Assembly: GCF_001194135.2 (NCBI RefSeq)
Contig: NC_068984.1
Coordinates: 92,574,651-92,606,924, forward strand
Reading direction: 5' to 3'
Origin: Octopus bimaculoides
Taxonomy: Eukaryota
DNA length: 32,274 bases
Shown one piece after another: positions 10,851 to 22,992 of the stretch. Each line of letters opens with the position of its first letter. Positions within the stretch are counted from its first letter, which is position 1. A program made the translations under genes and the position numbers. The notes beneath the pieces are model-generated. The model saw only the letters and a program-made list of their open reading frames with translations. It did no database searches and was not told where the DNA came from.

Positions 10851-11505
10851 TATAAATTAGTTATATAAGTGTTGGGTATATTCCTAGTAGTATGCCGATA
10901 AAGCACGTTCACTATCTATGGCTATCTGATATCATCCATGGTAATTACACAATTGTTGCTGGCTCTACCTCAAGAATTCCTCAGTATAAGTTAAGTATAG
11001 AACAAATGAATACACAGAAAACTTTATTGCTCACAATGATCATTTTGACACATCCTGCATAGATCCCTCACAGGTGGAAAACTATACAACTAGTTGTAGT
11101 GCATTCCTCAGTACAGAAATGTCTCATCAGGTGATGTAATAAGGAGTGTCTCATTAAATGAAATCTGTTTTGCTTGGATTTAATACAGCATGTTGTTAGT
11201 AACTGTAGGTTTAAGTCATTGGGCAGGAATAGCAAGGGACAGTTTCTCTTGGGAAGTTATAGATACAGGCAGGAAGTAATAAAGAACAATAAGAAAAATA
11301 AGATGAATAAAGAGAATAAAACATTACAATAAAGTAAAACATTAGGTGTGTCAGTACCCAGGTATAGTTACTTACATACCCACACTTACGATCTTTGTAC
11401 ACACACACACTTGCTCATATGGGCAGTTAAGTTGATGTCATTAAACTGTCCAGCCATTCTTGTATCTCGCTGTGAGGCAAGGTACCATAGGCTCTGGTTG
11501 GCTGA
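10851..11505. repeat. Left arm of a ~650-bp inverted repeat (partner 13923-14560)
   Basis: gaaatctgttttgcttggatttaatac, ataaaacattacaataaagtaaaacattaggtgtgtca and gctgtgaggcaaggtaccatag all occur reverse-complemented in 13923-14560. Confidence 0.92.
11031..11136 (-). ncRNA. CpG-decayed hammerhead motif with long helix II
   Basis: Minus strand: caucac CUGAUGA GACAU...~65 nt...GUGUC AAAA UGAUCAU U GUGA. Reverting CpG-type transitions gives GUGUC GAAA CGAUCGU C GUGA, a canonical minimal hammerhead. Confidence 0.6.
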
Positions 11506-11559
11506 GTCAGGGGCCTCAGTTGGTTGTAAATCTCTTAGTGGCTATTTAACACATACATA

Positions 11560-13127
11560 TAAACTGTGTATCACACTTCATTGCAGGTCAAATTTTTGTT
11601 GATATTTTGAAAATTAAACATTGTACAAACGTGAAACTTGATCAATTGAAAGATCCTAAGTAGGTACGTATGTAGTGAACATTTCAATCATATTGATAAG
11701 CTACATACAAAGTTGAGTCATGTATTTTGAGGTGCTTTCAACTGTGTCACGCTTTATTGCAGGTGTACGAAAATGTCAATTTAAGGTAATGAAACAAAGT
11801 ATTATCATTATATTACTATTTTATTGTAATAATGAAACATGCTACCAAAGAATAGCAGCAAAAGATATGAAACAAACACAATTAAATTGTTGGTGTTGTG
11901 CTTTATTTGTCTATGTAACTTCCTTGTTTAGAAATGACATCAGTCTTTTGTCCACAGAAGTTGTTAGCCAACTAACATCTTCTCAGAGATGTTATGGTAC
12001 CAGCAACTGTTTTGATTTTTTCCTACAGGCATCCTTCAGTAAAAACTAAATACCTCCTTCATACACTTTCCTCTTCAAGATCGACCAGAGCTGTCCAATA
12101 GGGTTTAGGTTAGGAGAACAGGGAGGCCAAGTTATGAGTGATTGGCCCGTGATTGCCAAAGTTGCGAGATACAAAATTGTAGCCTTGGCTGAATGCGAAG
12201 GAGCATTGTCATGCATAAAAATCAATCACAGTCAACATGGGAGAGTGGCAGATCATCTAACCATGCTGCAAAATACTCCTCCAGAAATGCAGTGTAGGAG
12301 TTGCTAGTGAGTTTGATACCTGACACTCGGAAAGGCCCGACAAGTTCATTTCCTATGATTCTCACCCAAACATGACAGCACCACCTCCTTGTTGATGTTG
12401 AATGTGATGCGGGTGAGCAGCTCCAAGAGGCACCCAAACTTTGGCCCATCTGTCAGGGCTATCCAGAATAGCTCTGGCCTTATCCATGAAGAGGACATCT
12501 TGGAAATTAATTTTCATGTACTTCTGTGCCCAATCAATATGTTTCTTTTTGTGGTTCTTGCTTAAGATGGGTCTAGTGACACACTTAACACTTCTGGCCG
12601 TCTCTTTAAGGATCCTACACCGGGTGCTTCTGGACAAAGGAGCAACCCCAGCACTTTCAAATATGGCAGCACTTGTGCTACTGAGGTCTTTTCTTATTTA
12701 TCTACCAATTTTTTGGATATCACGCTGGAATACACTCCTTCTTGGACCTTTATCTTTCCTTGGTTTGGTGATGAGGTTTTCCATATATGCCTTCAGTGTT
12801 CTTGTATCCCAACGAAGCTCTTGAACTAATTCTCCCATAGATAAGGCTTCTGCGAGACCTGCAACAATCTGCATCTTCTCTGTAGCTGTCAGACGTCGTT
12901 TCAAGGGCATTTTTGTACTCCTGCAATAAAGCATGACACAATTGAAAGCACTTCAAAATACATAACTCAACATAACTTTCTATGTAGCTTATCAATATGA
13001 TTGAAATGTTCACTGAGTACATACCTACCTAGGATCTTTCAGTGGACCAAGTTTCACATTTGTACAATGTTTAATATTCAAATATCGATGAGGATTTGAC
13101 CTGCAATAAAGCGTGATACACAGTTTA
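11560..13127 (-). mobile_element. Tc1-family transposon with ~220-bp IR/DR-type TIRs and TA target site
   Basis: TIRs about 11560-11776 and 12907-13127. Each contains two copies of gtg(ta)tcacgctttattgcagg (11564-88, 11742-64; 12920-40, 13100-23). TA at 11558-59 and 13128-29. Confidence 0.92.
11903..12910 (-). pseudogene. Tc1 DD34E transposase pseudogene
   Basis: MPLKRRLTATEK..., SRSTRCRIL, WAQKYMKINFQDVLFMD, GGGAVMF, FMHDNAPSH and WPPCSPNLNPIGQLW (the catalytic E position reads G). Contains frameshifts. Confidence 0.9.
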
Positions 13128-13195
13128 TAACATAGGTCTATAAATATACATACATACTTATATACACGAATGTATGAACACACACACGCATGCAT

Positions 13196-13235
<40 letters not shown>

Positions 13236-13249
13236 TCTTNNNNNNNNNN

Positions 13250-13282
<33 letters not shown>

Positions 13283-13490
13283 TCTTTTCTTTTACTTGTT
13301 TCAGTCATTTTCACTGTGGCCATGCTGAAGCACCACCTTTCGTTGAACAAATCAACCACAGGTCTTATTCTTTGTAAGCCTAGTACTTATTCTATCAGTC
13401 TCTTTTGCAGAGCCACTAAGTTACGGGAATGTAAACACACCAACATTGGTTGTCAAGCATTCGTAGGGGGACAACACAGACACACAAATA
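13283..13490 (-). mobile_element. SINE, 3' half
   Basis: cttgtttcagtcatt...ttattctttgtaagcctagtacttattctatc...gttacggg..gtaaacacacc..ggttgtcaagc. Same family at 14620-14830, 22340-22960 and 31660-31812. Confidence 0.8.
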
Positions 13491-13922
13491 CATGTATATA
13501 TGTATATATATATATATATATGTGGTTGGGAAGCAAGCTTCTTACCACATAGCTACACCTGTACATACACATACATGTACATACACATATATACATGCAC
13601 ATATACATATAGACACACATATACATATACATACACACACACACGTTCAACTGCTCACACATATATATCTGTGTTCACACACATACATATATATATACCA
13701 CAACATATCCTTGTATATACATACATACGCACATATTCACCTACTCTCACTATATAGGTATCCTTTTGTCCTTGTGCTTATGCCTCTACTACATTTGTGT
13801 ACGTCGAAAGGCACACACACATACACATGTAAAATCACCTAAATACATCTATTCAAAGATGTATGCATGCATATACATACATACATACATAATACATATA
13901 CACACACATATATATGTGTGTG

Positions 13923-14560
13923 TCAGCCAAAAACTATGGTACCTTGCCTCACAGCGGGATATAAGAATGGTTGGACATTTTAATGACGTCTACTTAACTG
14001 CTCTCATATGAGCAAGTGTGTGTACAAAGGACCAAAAGTGTGGGTTTGGAAGTAACTATATCTGGACATTGACACACCTAATGTTTTACTTTATTGTAAT
14101 GTTTTATTCTCCTTATTCATCTTATTTTTCTTAATTACTTCCTGTCTGTATCTATGACTTTACAACAGAAACTGTTCTTTGCCATTTCTGCCCTATGGTT
14201 TAAACCTACAGTTACTAACAACACAATGTATTAAATCCAAGCAAAACAGATTTCATTTAACGAGATACCCCTTATTACATCACCTGATGAGACACTTCTG
14301 CAATGAGGGATGCACCACAACTTGTATAGTTTCCCACTTGTGAGGAATCGATGCAGGATGTGTCAAAACAATTTTTCGGTGTATTTTATTTTCCATCTCT
14401 ATCATTTGTTTTATGCTCAACATATACTGAGGAATTCTTGAGATAGATCCAGCAACAACCGTGTAATTACTGTGGATGACATGAGATAGCCACAGACAGT
14501 GAATGTGCTTTATCAGCATAGCACTAGGAATATACAAACATGTAAATACTAACTTATATA
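13923..14560. repeat. Right arm of the ~650-bp inverted repeat; contains a decayed hammerhead at 14278-14381 (+)
   Basis: Reverse complement of 10851-11505. CTGATGA 14284-90, GACAC/GTGTC 14291-95/14360-64, AAAA 14365-68. Confidence 0.9.
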
Positions 14561-14614
14561 GATATATATATATATATACACACACACAGACACACATAAA
14601 TATATATATATATT

Positions 14615-14995
14615 TTCTATTTGTGTCAGTCATTTGTTTGTGATCATGCTGAGGCACTGCCTTGCAGAGTTTTTTAGTTGAAGAAATCAACCCTAGGACT
14701 TTTTTTTAAGCCTAGTACTATTCTATTGGTATCTTTTGCCAAAGCAAAACTTACGGGGACGTAAACATGCCAACACTGGTTGTCAAGCAGTGGTGGAGGA
14801 CAAACGCAGACACAAAGGACGCACACATAATATATATACATATATATATATACAACAGGCTTCTTTCAGTTTCTGTCTATCAAATCCACTCACAAGGCTT
14901 CGCTGAGCCTGAGGCTATAGTATAAGACATTTGCCCAAGGGGACTGAACCTGGAACCATGTAGTTGGGAAGTAAGCTTCTTACCACAGCCATGTG
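14615..14995 (-). mobile_element. tRNA-derived SINE, near full length with internal (TA/CA)n
   Basis: Minus-strand head ggctgtggtaagaagcttacttcccaactacatggttccaggttcagtccc (A/B-box-like), then ggcaaatgtcttatactatagcc...gtgagtggattt and the 3' half. Confidence 0.85.
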
Positions 14996-15005
14996 TATCT
15001 CTGTG

Positions 15006-15038
<33 letters not shown>

Positions 15039-15145
15039 TTCTGTGTCTGTGTAAATATATGCTAAGATATTTATAAGTTTCTGCAAAGAATTCTTGATAA
15101 AGTTATATTTGAAGAAAGTTTTTCTTAAATTAAATATCATCATCA

Positions 15146-18100
15146 TCATCATCATCATCTTAATCATCATCATCGGCGGCGGCGGTGTTTAACGTCTGCT
15201 TTCCATGCTGAGATGGGTTGAACAGTTTGACTGAGGGCTGGCAAGCCAGAAGACTGCACCAGGCTCAAATCCAATCTGGCAAAGCTGGATGCCCTTCCTA
15301 ATGCCAACCACACCGAGAGTGTAGTGGGTGCTTTTTATGTGCCACTGGCATGGAAGCCAGTCAGGCAGCATTGGCAATGACCACGCTCGAATGGTGCTTT
15401 TTAGGTGCCAGCGGCATGGAACCAGTCAGGTGGCTCTGGAATCGACCACTCCCAAATGGTGCATTTTACGTGCCACTGGCACAGGTGCCAATCAGGTGGT
15501 ACTGTCATCGGCTATGACAATGATTTCACTTGCCTCAACAGGTTTTCGCAAGCACAGTTTATTAGCCAATGATTGAAGGGTACTCTTAAATGGGCTGGTT
15601 ATGCTGCATTGTCATAGGCCATGGTTACAGTTTTACTTGGCTTGCCGGATCTTTTCAAGCACAGTATATCTCCAAAGGTCTCCGTCACTTGTCATCGCCT
15701 TGGTGAGGCTCAATGTTAGAAGGTCATGCTTCACTACTTCATCCCACATCATCCTGGGTCTACCTCTTCCACAAGTTCCCTCAACTGCTAGGGTGTGACA
15801 CTTTTTGCATACAGCTGTCCTCATCCATACACATCACATGACCATACCAGTGCAGTCATCTCTCTTGCACACCACATCTAATGCTTCTTAAGTCCAACTT
15901 TTCTCTCTGGGTGCTTACACTCTGTCGTGTATGCACACTGACATTACACATCCAGGGGAGCATACAAGCTTCATTCCTTGCAAGCTTACACATGCCCTCA
16001 GTAGCCACAGCCCATGTTTCACTGCCATGTAGCATGGCTGTTTGCACACATGCGTCATACAGTCTACCTTTTACTCTGAGCAAAAAGCCCTTTGTTACCA
16101 GCAGAAGTAGCTCTCTGAACTTTGCCCAGGCTTTTCTTATTCTAGCAGCTACACTCCCAGAGTATCCACCCCAGCTACTGACTTGGTCACCTAGGTAATG
16201 GAAGCTGTCAACTACTTGCAGTCTTCCTCCCTGGAATGTAACGGAAGCTGTTTTCTGCATTTTCAGTGTTTATCGCTCCTGAGCATCTGCCACATACAAA
16301 AACTATCTTCCAAGTTAGCCTTCTTTTGATATTGCTGTGTCCATAGCTTATACTGGGTACATCTTATAGAGTTTTTACCTACGCCTTTTCTACAGATCAA
16401 GCAGGGCCATCTACCTGAAGGGGTTTGTGGTTTGTCCTCCTTCCTACTTATTAGGACTTTGGTTTTAGCTAGGTCGACTCTAAGGCCCTTCGGTTCTAAT
16501 CCTTGCTTCCACACCTGAAACTTCTTCTCTAATTCTGATAGTGAGTCAGCAATTAGGGCAAGGTCATCAGCATAGAGGAGCTCCCAGGGGCATCCCATCT
16601 TGAATTCCTCTGCTATTGCCTGGAGGACTATGATAAATAAGAGGGGGCTGAGGACAGAACCTTGGTGGACCCCTACCTCTACCCGGAATTCTTCACTGTA
16701 CTCATTGCCAACCCTCACCTTACTGACGGCGTCCCTGTACATGGCTCACACATTTCTCACTAACCATTCATCTATCCCTAGTTTCCTCATTGACCACCAG
16801 ATAAGGGAGTGGGGGACCCTGTCAAAGGCTTTCTCCATGTCAATGAAAGCCAGGTACAGAGGTTTATCTTTGGCTAGGTATTTCTCCTGCAGCTGTCTTA
16901 CTAGAAATATAGCATCAGTGGTGCTTTTCCCTGCCTCAAAACCCAAACTGCATCTCATCTAAGCTGACTCTCTCCCTAATTAGTTGGGCTATGACCCTCT
17001 CCATGACCTTCATTACCTGATCCAACAACTTGATACCTCTGTAATTGTTTGTGTCTAAAGCGTCACCTTTACCTCTGTAGCATTTGACTATGGTGCTGCT
17101 ACACCAGTCATTGGTGTATCACCTTCGTGTATCACCTTCGTGTATCACCTGGTTAACTATACAGGTAACTAGGCTATAGCCAACACTGCCAGATATTTTG
17201 AGCATCTCTGCAGTGATTCCTGATGGGCTGGGGGCTTTCCCTGTCTTCATACACTTGATTGTTTTATCTACCAAGGTACTGTCAATTAGGATAGCTGGTC
17301 CCTCTGTTGGGTCGACATTCGGCAGACTCTCTTTCTCCCATTCATTCTCTTTATTGAGCAATCTTTCGTAGTGGCATCTCCATACCTCTTTCTTTGTAGC
17401 CTTGTTTAGTGCAAGTGTACCATCTTCCATGCGAACGCATTTCTCTCCCACGACATCACGATTCTCTCTCACACACTGTCTTGCAGCACGAAATACTTCA
17501 AGTCTTTGGTCCTCATGGTGCAGAACATTGGCAAATTTTTTCTTATCTGCTTCCCCTCTGGCTGAATAAACCTGTCTCCTAGCTTCCCTTCTGGCAGTCT
17601 TATACAATTTCCTGCTACCTCCGTTCTTCCAGTCCTTCCAAGCTTGTTTCTTTTGTCCACCACATTGTTCCACCACCACATTACCTTGGGTCGAGGGGGG
17701 GACTTTGCACCATCCACAGATCTGGTCAGTGGCTCTCAGCAGGTTGTTCCATAGAAACCTCCAGTTGTCTTCCACATCATGTGAAGCTATATCCTCTTCT
17801 ATTTCGTCAAAGGCACCGAGTAATACGTCTCTAAATCTCTGTCCATTTGCGGGATCTTTAAGCTTCCAGACCCTTCTCCTCCATGCTGGTCGTCTTCTGG
17901 GAATCCATTTAGCCCTGATCCTGAAGTCGCTAACTACTAATCTGTGTTGAAGTGTACATTCTTCGCCTGGGAAGGTTTTGGCATTTATAAGTAGTTATCT
18001 TTCCCTTTTTCTGGTGAGGATGTAGTCAATTTGGCTAGTGTAGCTGCCAGAATGGTAGGTGACTAGGCGACAGGCAGGTTTCCTGAAGTTAGTATTGCAA

Positions 18101-18950
18101 ACCATAAGGTCATTTGCATCACAGAACTCCAGCAGTCTGGTTCCCTTCTCATTGCGGGAACCAAAACCATAGCCTCCATGTACGCCATGGAAGCCCCCTG
18201 CATGTTGTCCAACATGTCCATTGAAATCATCAGCCACAAAGAGAAGGTCTCTGTCATTCATCAACAAGGTTGTCTGCAATAGGGTGTCATAAAATTGGTC
18301 TTTCCGCACATCCGGTAGCCCCAGTTGAGGGGCATTGGCTGAGATAATGGTAACTAACCTATGGTGAAGCACTAATCTAATCTTAAGTACTCTGTCACAT
18401 ACTCTGACTACCTCGATTACCTTATCAACCCATTTCTCTGCAAGAAGTATACCCACGCCCCCGACCCTGTCAGTGTTCCCTAACCAGAAAATCTTGTACC
18501 TGTGTTCTTTGCCTGTAAGGAACCTAGCGGAACCTCCTGTCCACCTTACTTCTTGGATGCAGCACAAATCTACATGTCTTCATTCAAGCATCTCAACAAT
18601 CTCATCAGAACTACCTTTCAGTGTGCCGACGTTGAGTGTGCAAACTCTGAGGGTGTGGGAGGTGTGGGCCTGTGAGACCCTGGGATGAAGGACAGCAGTA
18701 TCATGTACCTGAAAAGAAAACTTGCATTTGGCAGAATTCCTAAACAAACAATAGCCTACAACCTGCATGCACTACACCATTTTTATGTGCTATATGATCA
18801 ATAAACCCTGGGTAGGGATGGGGATGGCATTCAAAGGAGACAACCAAGGATGACAGAGGATAAGAACTTCCGGTGAAGTTGGAGGGGGTTGGAGGGTGGG
18901 CGTACTGCGAGCCAGCAAGTTTAGGCGAGAGCATCTTCTGCACTTGTATA
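15146..18950 (-). mobile_element. Near full-length RTE LINE family A (APE and RT in one ORF, 3'UTR, (GAT)n tail), pseudogenised
   Basis: APE: TLNVGTLKG, CCIQEVRW, GGVGILL, ADDFNGHVG, SQIDYIL. RT: GKAPSPSG, FIDMEKAFDRVP, GVHQGSVLSPLLF, LLYADD, FHYLGD, MLHGSETW, GRGRPR. ORF remnant spans about 15633-18700. Confidence 0.95.
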
Positions 18951-19440
18951 CTATGGTAGACAAATTTAGAGAGAATGAATTAACGAAATGATAAACTTGA
19001 ATAAAATAAATAAAATGTGACGATTAACAGATATGCATGAACTTAAGACAAACAAGGAAGACGGATCTATCGGACTATGTTTACATGGTAAAGAAATAGA
19101 TAGATAATAANNNNNNNNNNNNNNNNNNNNNNNNNNNNNNNNNNNNNNNNNNNNNNNNNNNNNNNNNNNNNNNNNNNNNNNNNNNNNNNNNNNNNNNNNN
19201 NNNNNNNNNNNNNNNNNNNNNNNNNNNNNNNNNNNNNNNNNNNNNNNNNNNNNNNNNNNNNNNNNNNNNNNNNNNNNNNNNNNNNNNNNNNNNNNNNNNN
19301 NNNNNNNNNNNNNNNNNNNNNNNNNNNNNNNNNNNNNNNNNNNNNNNNNNNNNNNNNNNNNNNNNNNNNNNNNNNNNNNNNNNNNNNNNNNNNNNNNNNN
19401 NNNNNNNNNNNNNNNNNNNNNNNNNNNNNNNNNNNNNNNN

Positions 19441-19484
<44 letters not shown>

Positions 19485-19606
19485 TGAGGGAGAGAGAGAG
19501 ACAGTGAGGCAGAGAGAGAGAGAGAGAGAGACAGTGAGGCAGAGAGAGAGGGGTCCGAGTTAGGTGGACAGGCAGTAAATACAACACAAGGGATAATATT
19601 CTTTGG

Positions 19607-19637
<31 letters not shown>

Positions 19638-20313
19638 ATATGCATACATACATATATAATATTAATAATAACAATAATATTTGGATGGATGGAATTCATA
19701 AACAACTAACACATCACTGTGGGATGATTATAGTGTAGCCCATAGTATCCATGGGCATTGGGTTGATCATCTTCATGAATTCATTTCTTCAAGTGATATA
19801 ACATTAATGGATGTTCGACAGAGGGATGCTTATCCCTTTTGACTAATATGAAGGTTAACTGAGTTATGTGGGTATTTCTGTGTGTATTTGGTGGGGAGGA
19901 AGGGAAGGTGGTGGAAAGAGAGGAAGGAATGGTAGTTATGTAGGGATGGAAGTGTATGTGGTGATGTTGGACTTATTTTGCTATTCATTTAGCAGATGTT
20001 GAGGATAGGTAGAACATTATTTTCTTTTATTTCATTTAAGGCATGTCTATTTTCAATGAATTCTGAAGTCAACAAGTCATCTGGTACCACCACTACAACC
20101 ATCAGCTGTTGGAGTTTATTGACTGAATTGATAGATGATACTTTCTTAGGGTGACCTTTTCATTGTTTCTGGTGGTATAGTGTATAGCACCCTAAATATT
20201 GGTTGGTTTGTTTATTTGTTTGTGTTCCTTCTTTGTTCTATAATGTGCTAAGGTTGATTGATGTTATTTCATTTCAAAATGATTTTTCAAATTCCAGAAA
20301 CGATGTTTTGTAT

Positions 20314-20700
20314 TTATGCTATGATCACTTCAGAATGCCTATTTATTACATTTTCCATGGATGTGATGATTTCCAGGGTTTCTTCTAGGCATAAGTTGCA
20401 TACCCATGATGTTCTGTTGTATGGTACAACATTTTTTATAAAAGACCAGTGGGTCATATGCTCCACTTCATTTTGTTTGAGCCTCCAGACAAGATTCAAT
20501 AGTAATGTGAAGTGCCTTGTATTTACATTGGAAAATGATGTGAGATAGTTATGCAGACGATTTTTCATAGTGTCTCCAGTTCCACCAATGTACACGTATT
20601 TCTGTGTACCTGCCTTCGCATCACATTTGTAAACTACATTCTTTATCATGCAGCTGTTAAATCTGCATTCCTCTTTACCTCTACAGTTACATTATATCTA
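20314..20700 (-). mobile_element. Penelope-like GIY-YIG endonuclease remnant (Neptune-type)
   Basis: KNVVYKC...YVYIGGTGDTMKNRLHNYLTSF...TLLLNLVWRLK...CNLCLEETLEII...VINRHSE. Confidence 0.85.
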
Positions 20701-20840
20701 CAGCTCAATGCAACCACATAAAACTGGTTAACCAGTCAGCATCATTAGAGTGTGACCAGCATAATGATATAGGAACTTTATTTGCATATCCAAAATGTTT
20801 CCGTGTGTTTGTGTGTGTGTACATATATGTATATATGTAC

Positions 20841-20890
<50 letters not shown>

Positions 20891-20892
<2 letters not shown>

Positions 20893-22108
20893 GGAAGCAA
20901 GGTCTGGAATTGAAGGGCCTTAGAGTTAACCTAGTAAAATTTAAAGTGTTAGTAATTAGGAAAGCAGACAAATCCTTCAGGAAGATAGCCCTGCTTGATC
21001 TGTAGGAAAGGCATTGGTAGAAACTCCATAAGGTGTACCCAGTGCAAGCTATGGACACATAAGAGGTACAGCAATATCAAAGGAAGATTAAGTGGGAAAA
21101 TAGTTTTTGTGTGTGGAAGGTGCACACTGAAAATGTATAGAAAATAGATTCCATTGACTGCTGGGGGGGGGGGGGGNNNNNNNNNNGTATAGAAAATAGA
21201 TTCCATTGACTGCTGGGGGGGGGGGGGCTAGAGGTAGTTGTTAGCTTCCATTATTTAGGCAACCAAGTCAGTAGTGAAGGTGGTTGCTCCGAGAGTGCAA
21301 ACAGCCATGCTACACTGCAGTAAAACATGGGCTGTGACTGCTGAAGACATGCATAGGCTTGAAAGAAATGATGCTAGTATGCGTTGGTGGATGTGCAATG
21401 TCAGTGTTCATGTATGACAGAGTGTGAGTGTCTTAAGAGAAAAATTGGGTATAAGAGGCATCAGATGTAGTGTGCAAGAGAAAAGATTGTACTGGTATGG
21501 CCCTGTGATGCAGATAGATTAGGACAGCTGTATAAAGAAGTGCTGATCTCTAACTGTGGAGGGAACCTGTGGTAGAGATAGATCCAAGAAGACATGGGAT
21601 GAGGTGGTGAAGTATGATCTTCAAACATTGGCTCTGATGGAGGCAATAACTAGTGACCAAGACCTTTGGTGAGATGCCGTGCTTGTGAAAACCCGTCAAG
21701 CCAAGTGAAATCATGGTTGTGGCCGAAGCTGATGTCATGTAACTGGAACCCATGCTGGTAGCACATGAAAAGCACTATTCAAGCGTCGGGCCTCATGGAG
21801 GCAATGTGGCAAATACTGGTATCATATAAGCAGCATCTGTGCCAGTGGCACATAAAAAGCAACATTCAAGCACTGAGCCTCATGGAGCCAATGTGACCGA
21901 TGCCAGTGTCATATAACGAGCACCCATGCCGGTGGCACATTAAAGCACCCATTACACTCTCAAAGTGGTTGGTGTTAGGAAGGGCTTCCAGCCATAGAAA
22001 CCATACCAAATCTGACTGGAGTTTGGTGCAGCCCCTCAGCTTACCAGCCTTGGTCTAACTGTCAAACCCATGTCAGCATGGACAATAGACGTTAAATGGT
22101 GATGATGA

Positions 22109-22110
<2 letters not shown>
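20891..22110 (+). mobile_element. RTE family A, 5'-truncated copy with internal deletion, 3'UTR and (GAT)n tail
   Basis: KQGLELKGLRVNLVK..., LHCSKTWAVTAEDMHRLERNDASM, 3'UTR repeats and ggacaatagacgttaaatggtgatgatg. Reverse-complement homologue of 15146-16520. Confidence 0.9.
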
Positions 22111-22143
<33 letters not shown>

Positions 22144-22145
22144 CA

Positions 22146-22418
22146 CAGGCATGGCTGTGTTGTAGGAAGTTTGCTTCCCAACCACATGATTCTGGGTTCA
22201 GCTCCACTGCATAGCACCTTGAGCAAATATCTTCTACTATTGTCTCAGGCCAACCAAAGCCTTCAGAGTGGATTTAGCATACAGAAACTGAAAGAAGCTT
22301 ATTTTATATACATATGGGTGTGTGTGTCTGTATCTTTGTGTTAGCATATCCCCTCTACTGTGTTGGTGTGTTTACATCCCCATAACTTAGCAGTTTGGTG
22401 AAAGAGATCAACAGAATA

Positions 22419-22470
<52 letters not shown>

Positions 22471-22960
22471 TCATGGCATATTCATGCCATTGACGAATCA
22501 TGGCTTGTTCCTCCTCCATTTATTTCTGTCTCTTGCAACATCACCCAGGTCTTTCTCACTCTGCACGTTCATTCTCTTCTTCATCCAGTCGAACATCTTC
22601 ATTCTCTGCCTTCCTCTCGCTCTCCTTCCCATCAGCTCAGTCTCCACCATGTAACACTCCATTCCGTCATCCTCTCTCAGAAAATGACCAACAAATCTTC
22701 ATTGTCTCTCTCTGATAGTATCCAAAAACTGTCTCTTCACTTTCATCTTCCTCAACACTTCCACATTCATCACCCTCTGTATCCATGAGATTCTAAGCAT
22801 TTTTCTATAAAACCACATTTCTGTAGCTTTGAGTCTCTGCTTCATGACTTTTCTTATCGATAGAATAACCACTAAGCTTTAAAAAATAAGCACTAGGGTC
22901 AATTCATTTGATAAAATTCTTCAAGGCAATGCCCCAGCATTGTCACAATTCAATACTATC
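22146..22960 (+). mobile_element. tRNA-derived SINE interrupted by a LINE insertion at 22421-22855
   Basis: Head ggcatggctgtgttgtaggaagtttgcttcccaaccacatgattctgggttcagctcc. The body resumes at tagaataaccactaagc (22861). Confidence 0.85.
22421..22855 (-). mobile_element. 5'-truncated RTE-type LINE family C with (AG)n tail and target-site duplication
   Basis: Minus strand KQRLKATEMWFYRKMLRISW...FVGHFLRED...GRRARGRQRMKMFDWM...ARDRNKWR, then (AG)n. Flanked by atcaacagaataac (22407-20) and atcgatagaataac (22856-69). Confidence 0.85.
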
Positions 22961-22992
22961 TCTCTCTCTCTCTCTCTGGTGGTACCTTAGTC

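Noticed and set aside
13025-14011. ORFs rich in HT/CV/YI dipeptides (also 20705-21058, 25121-25357, 25646-25936, 28175-28443)
   Set aside because: These are translations of (CA)n/(TA)n microsatellites, not genes.
18960-20300. Possible PLE pseudo-LTR or N-terminal remnants around the (AG)n gap
   Set aside because: Only vague resemblance. I could not identify a motif or hammerhead core with confidence.
21125-21228. Direct duplication gtatagaaaatagattccattgactgct(G)n on either side of a short N-run
   Set aside because: Most likely a contig-overlap artefact at a poly-G gap.
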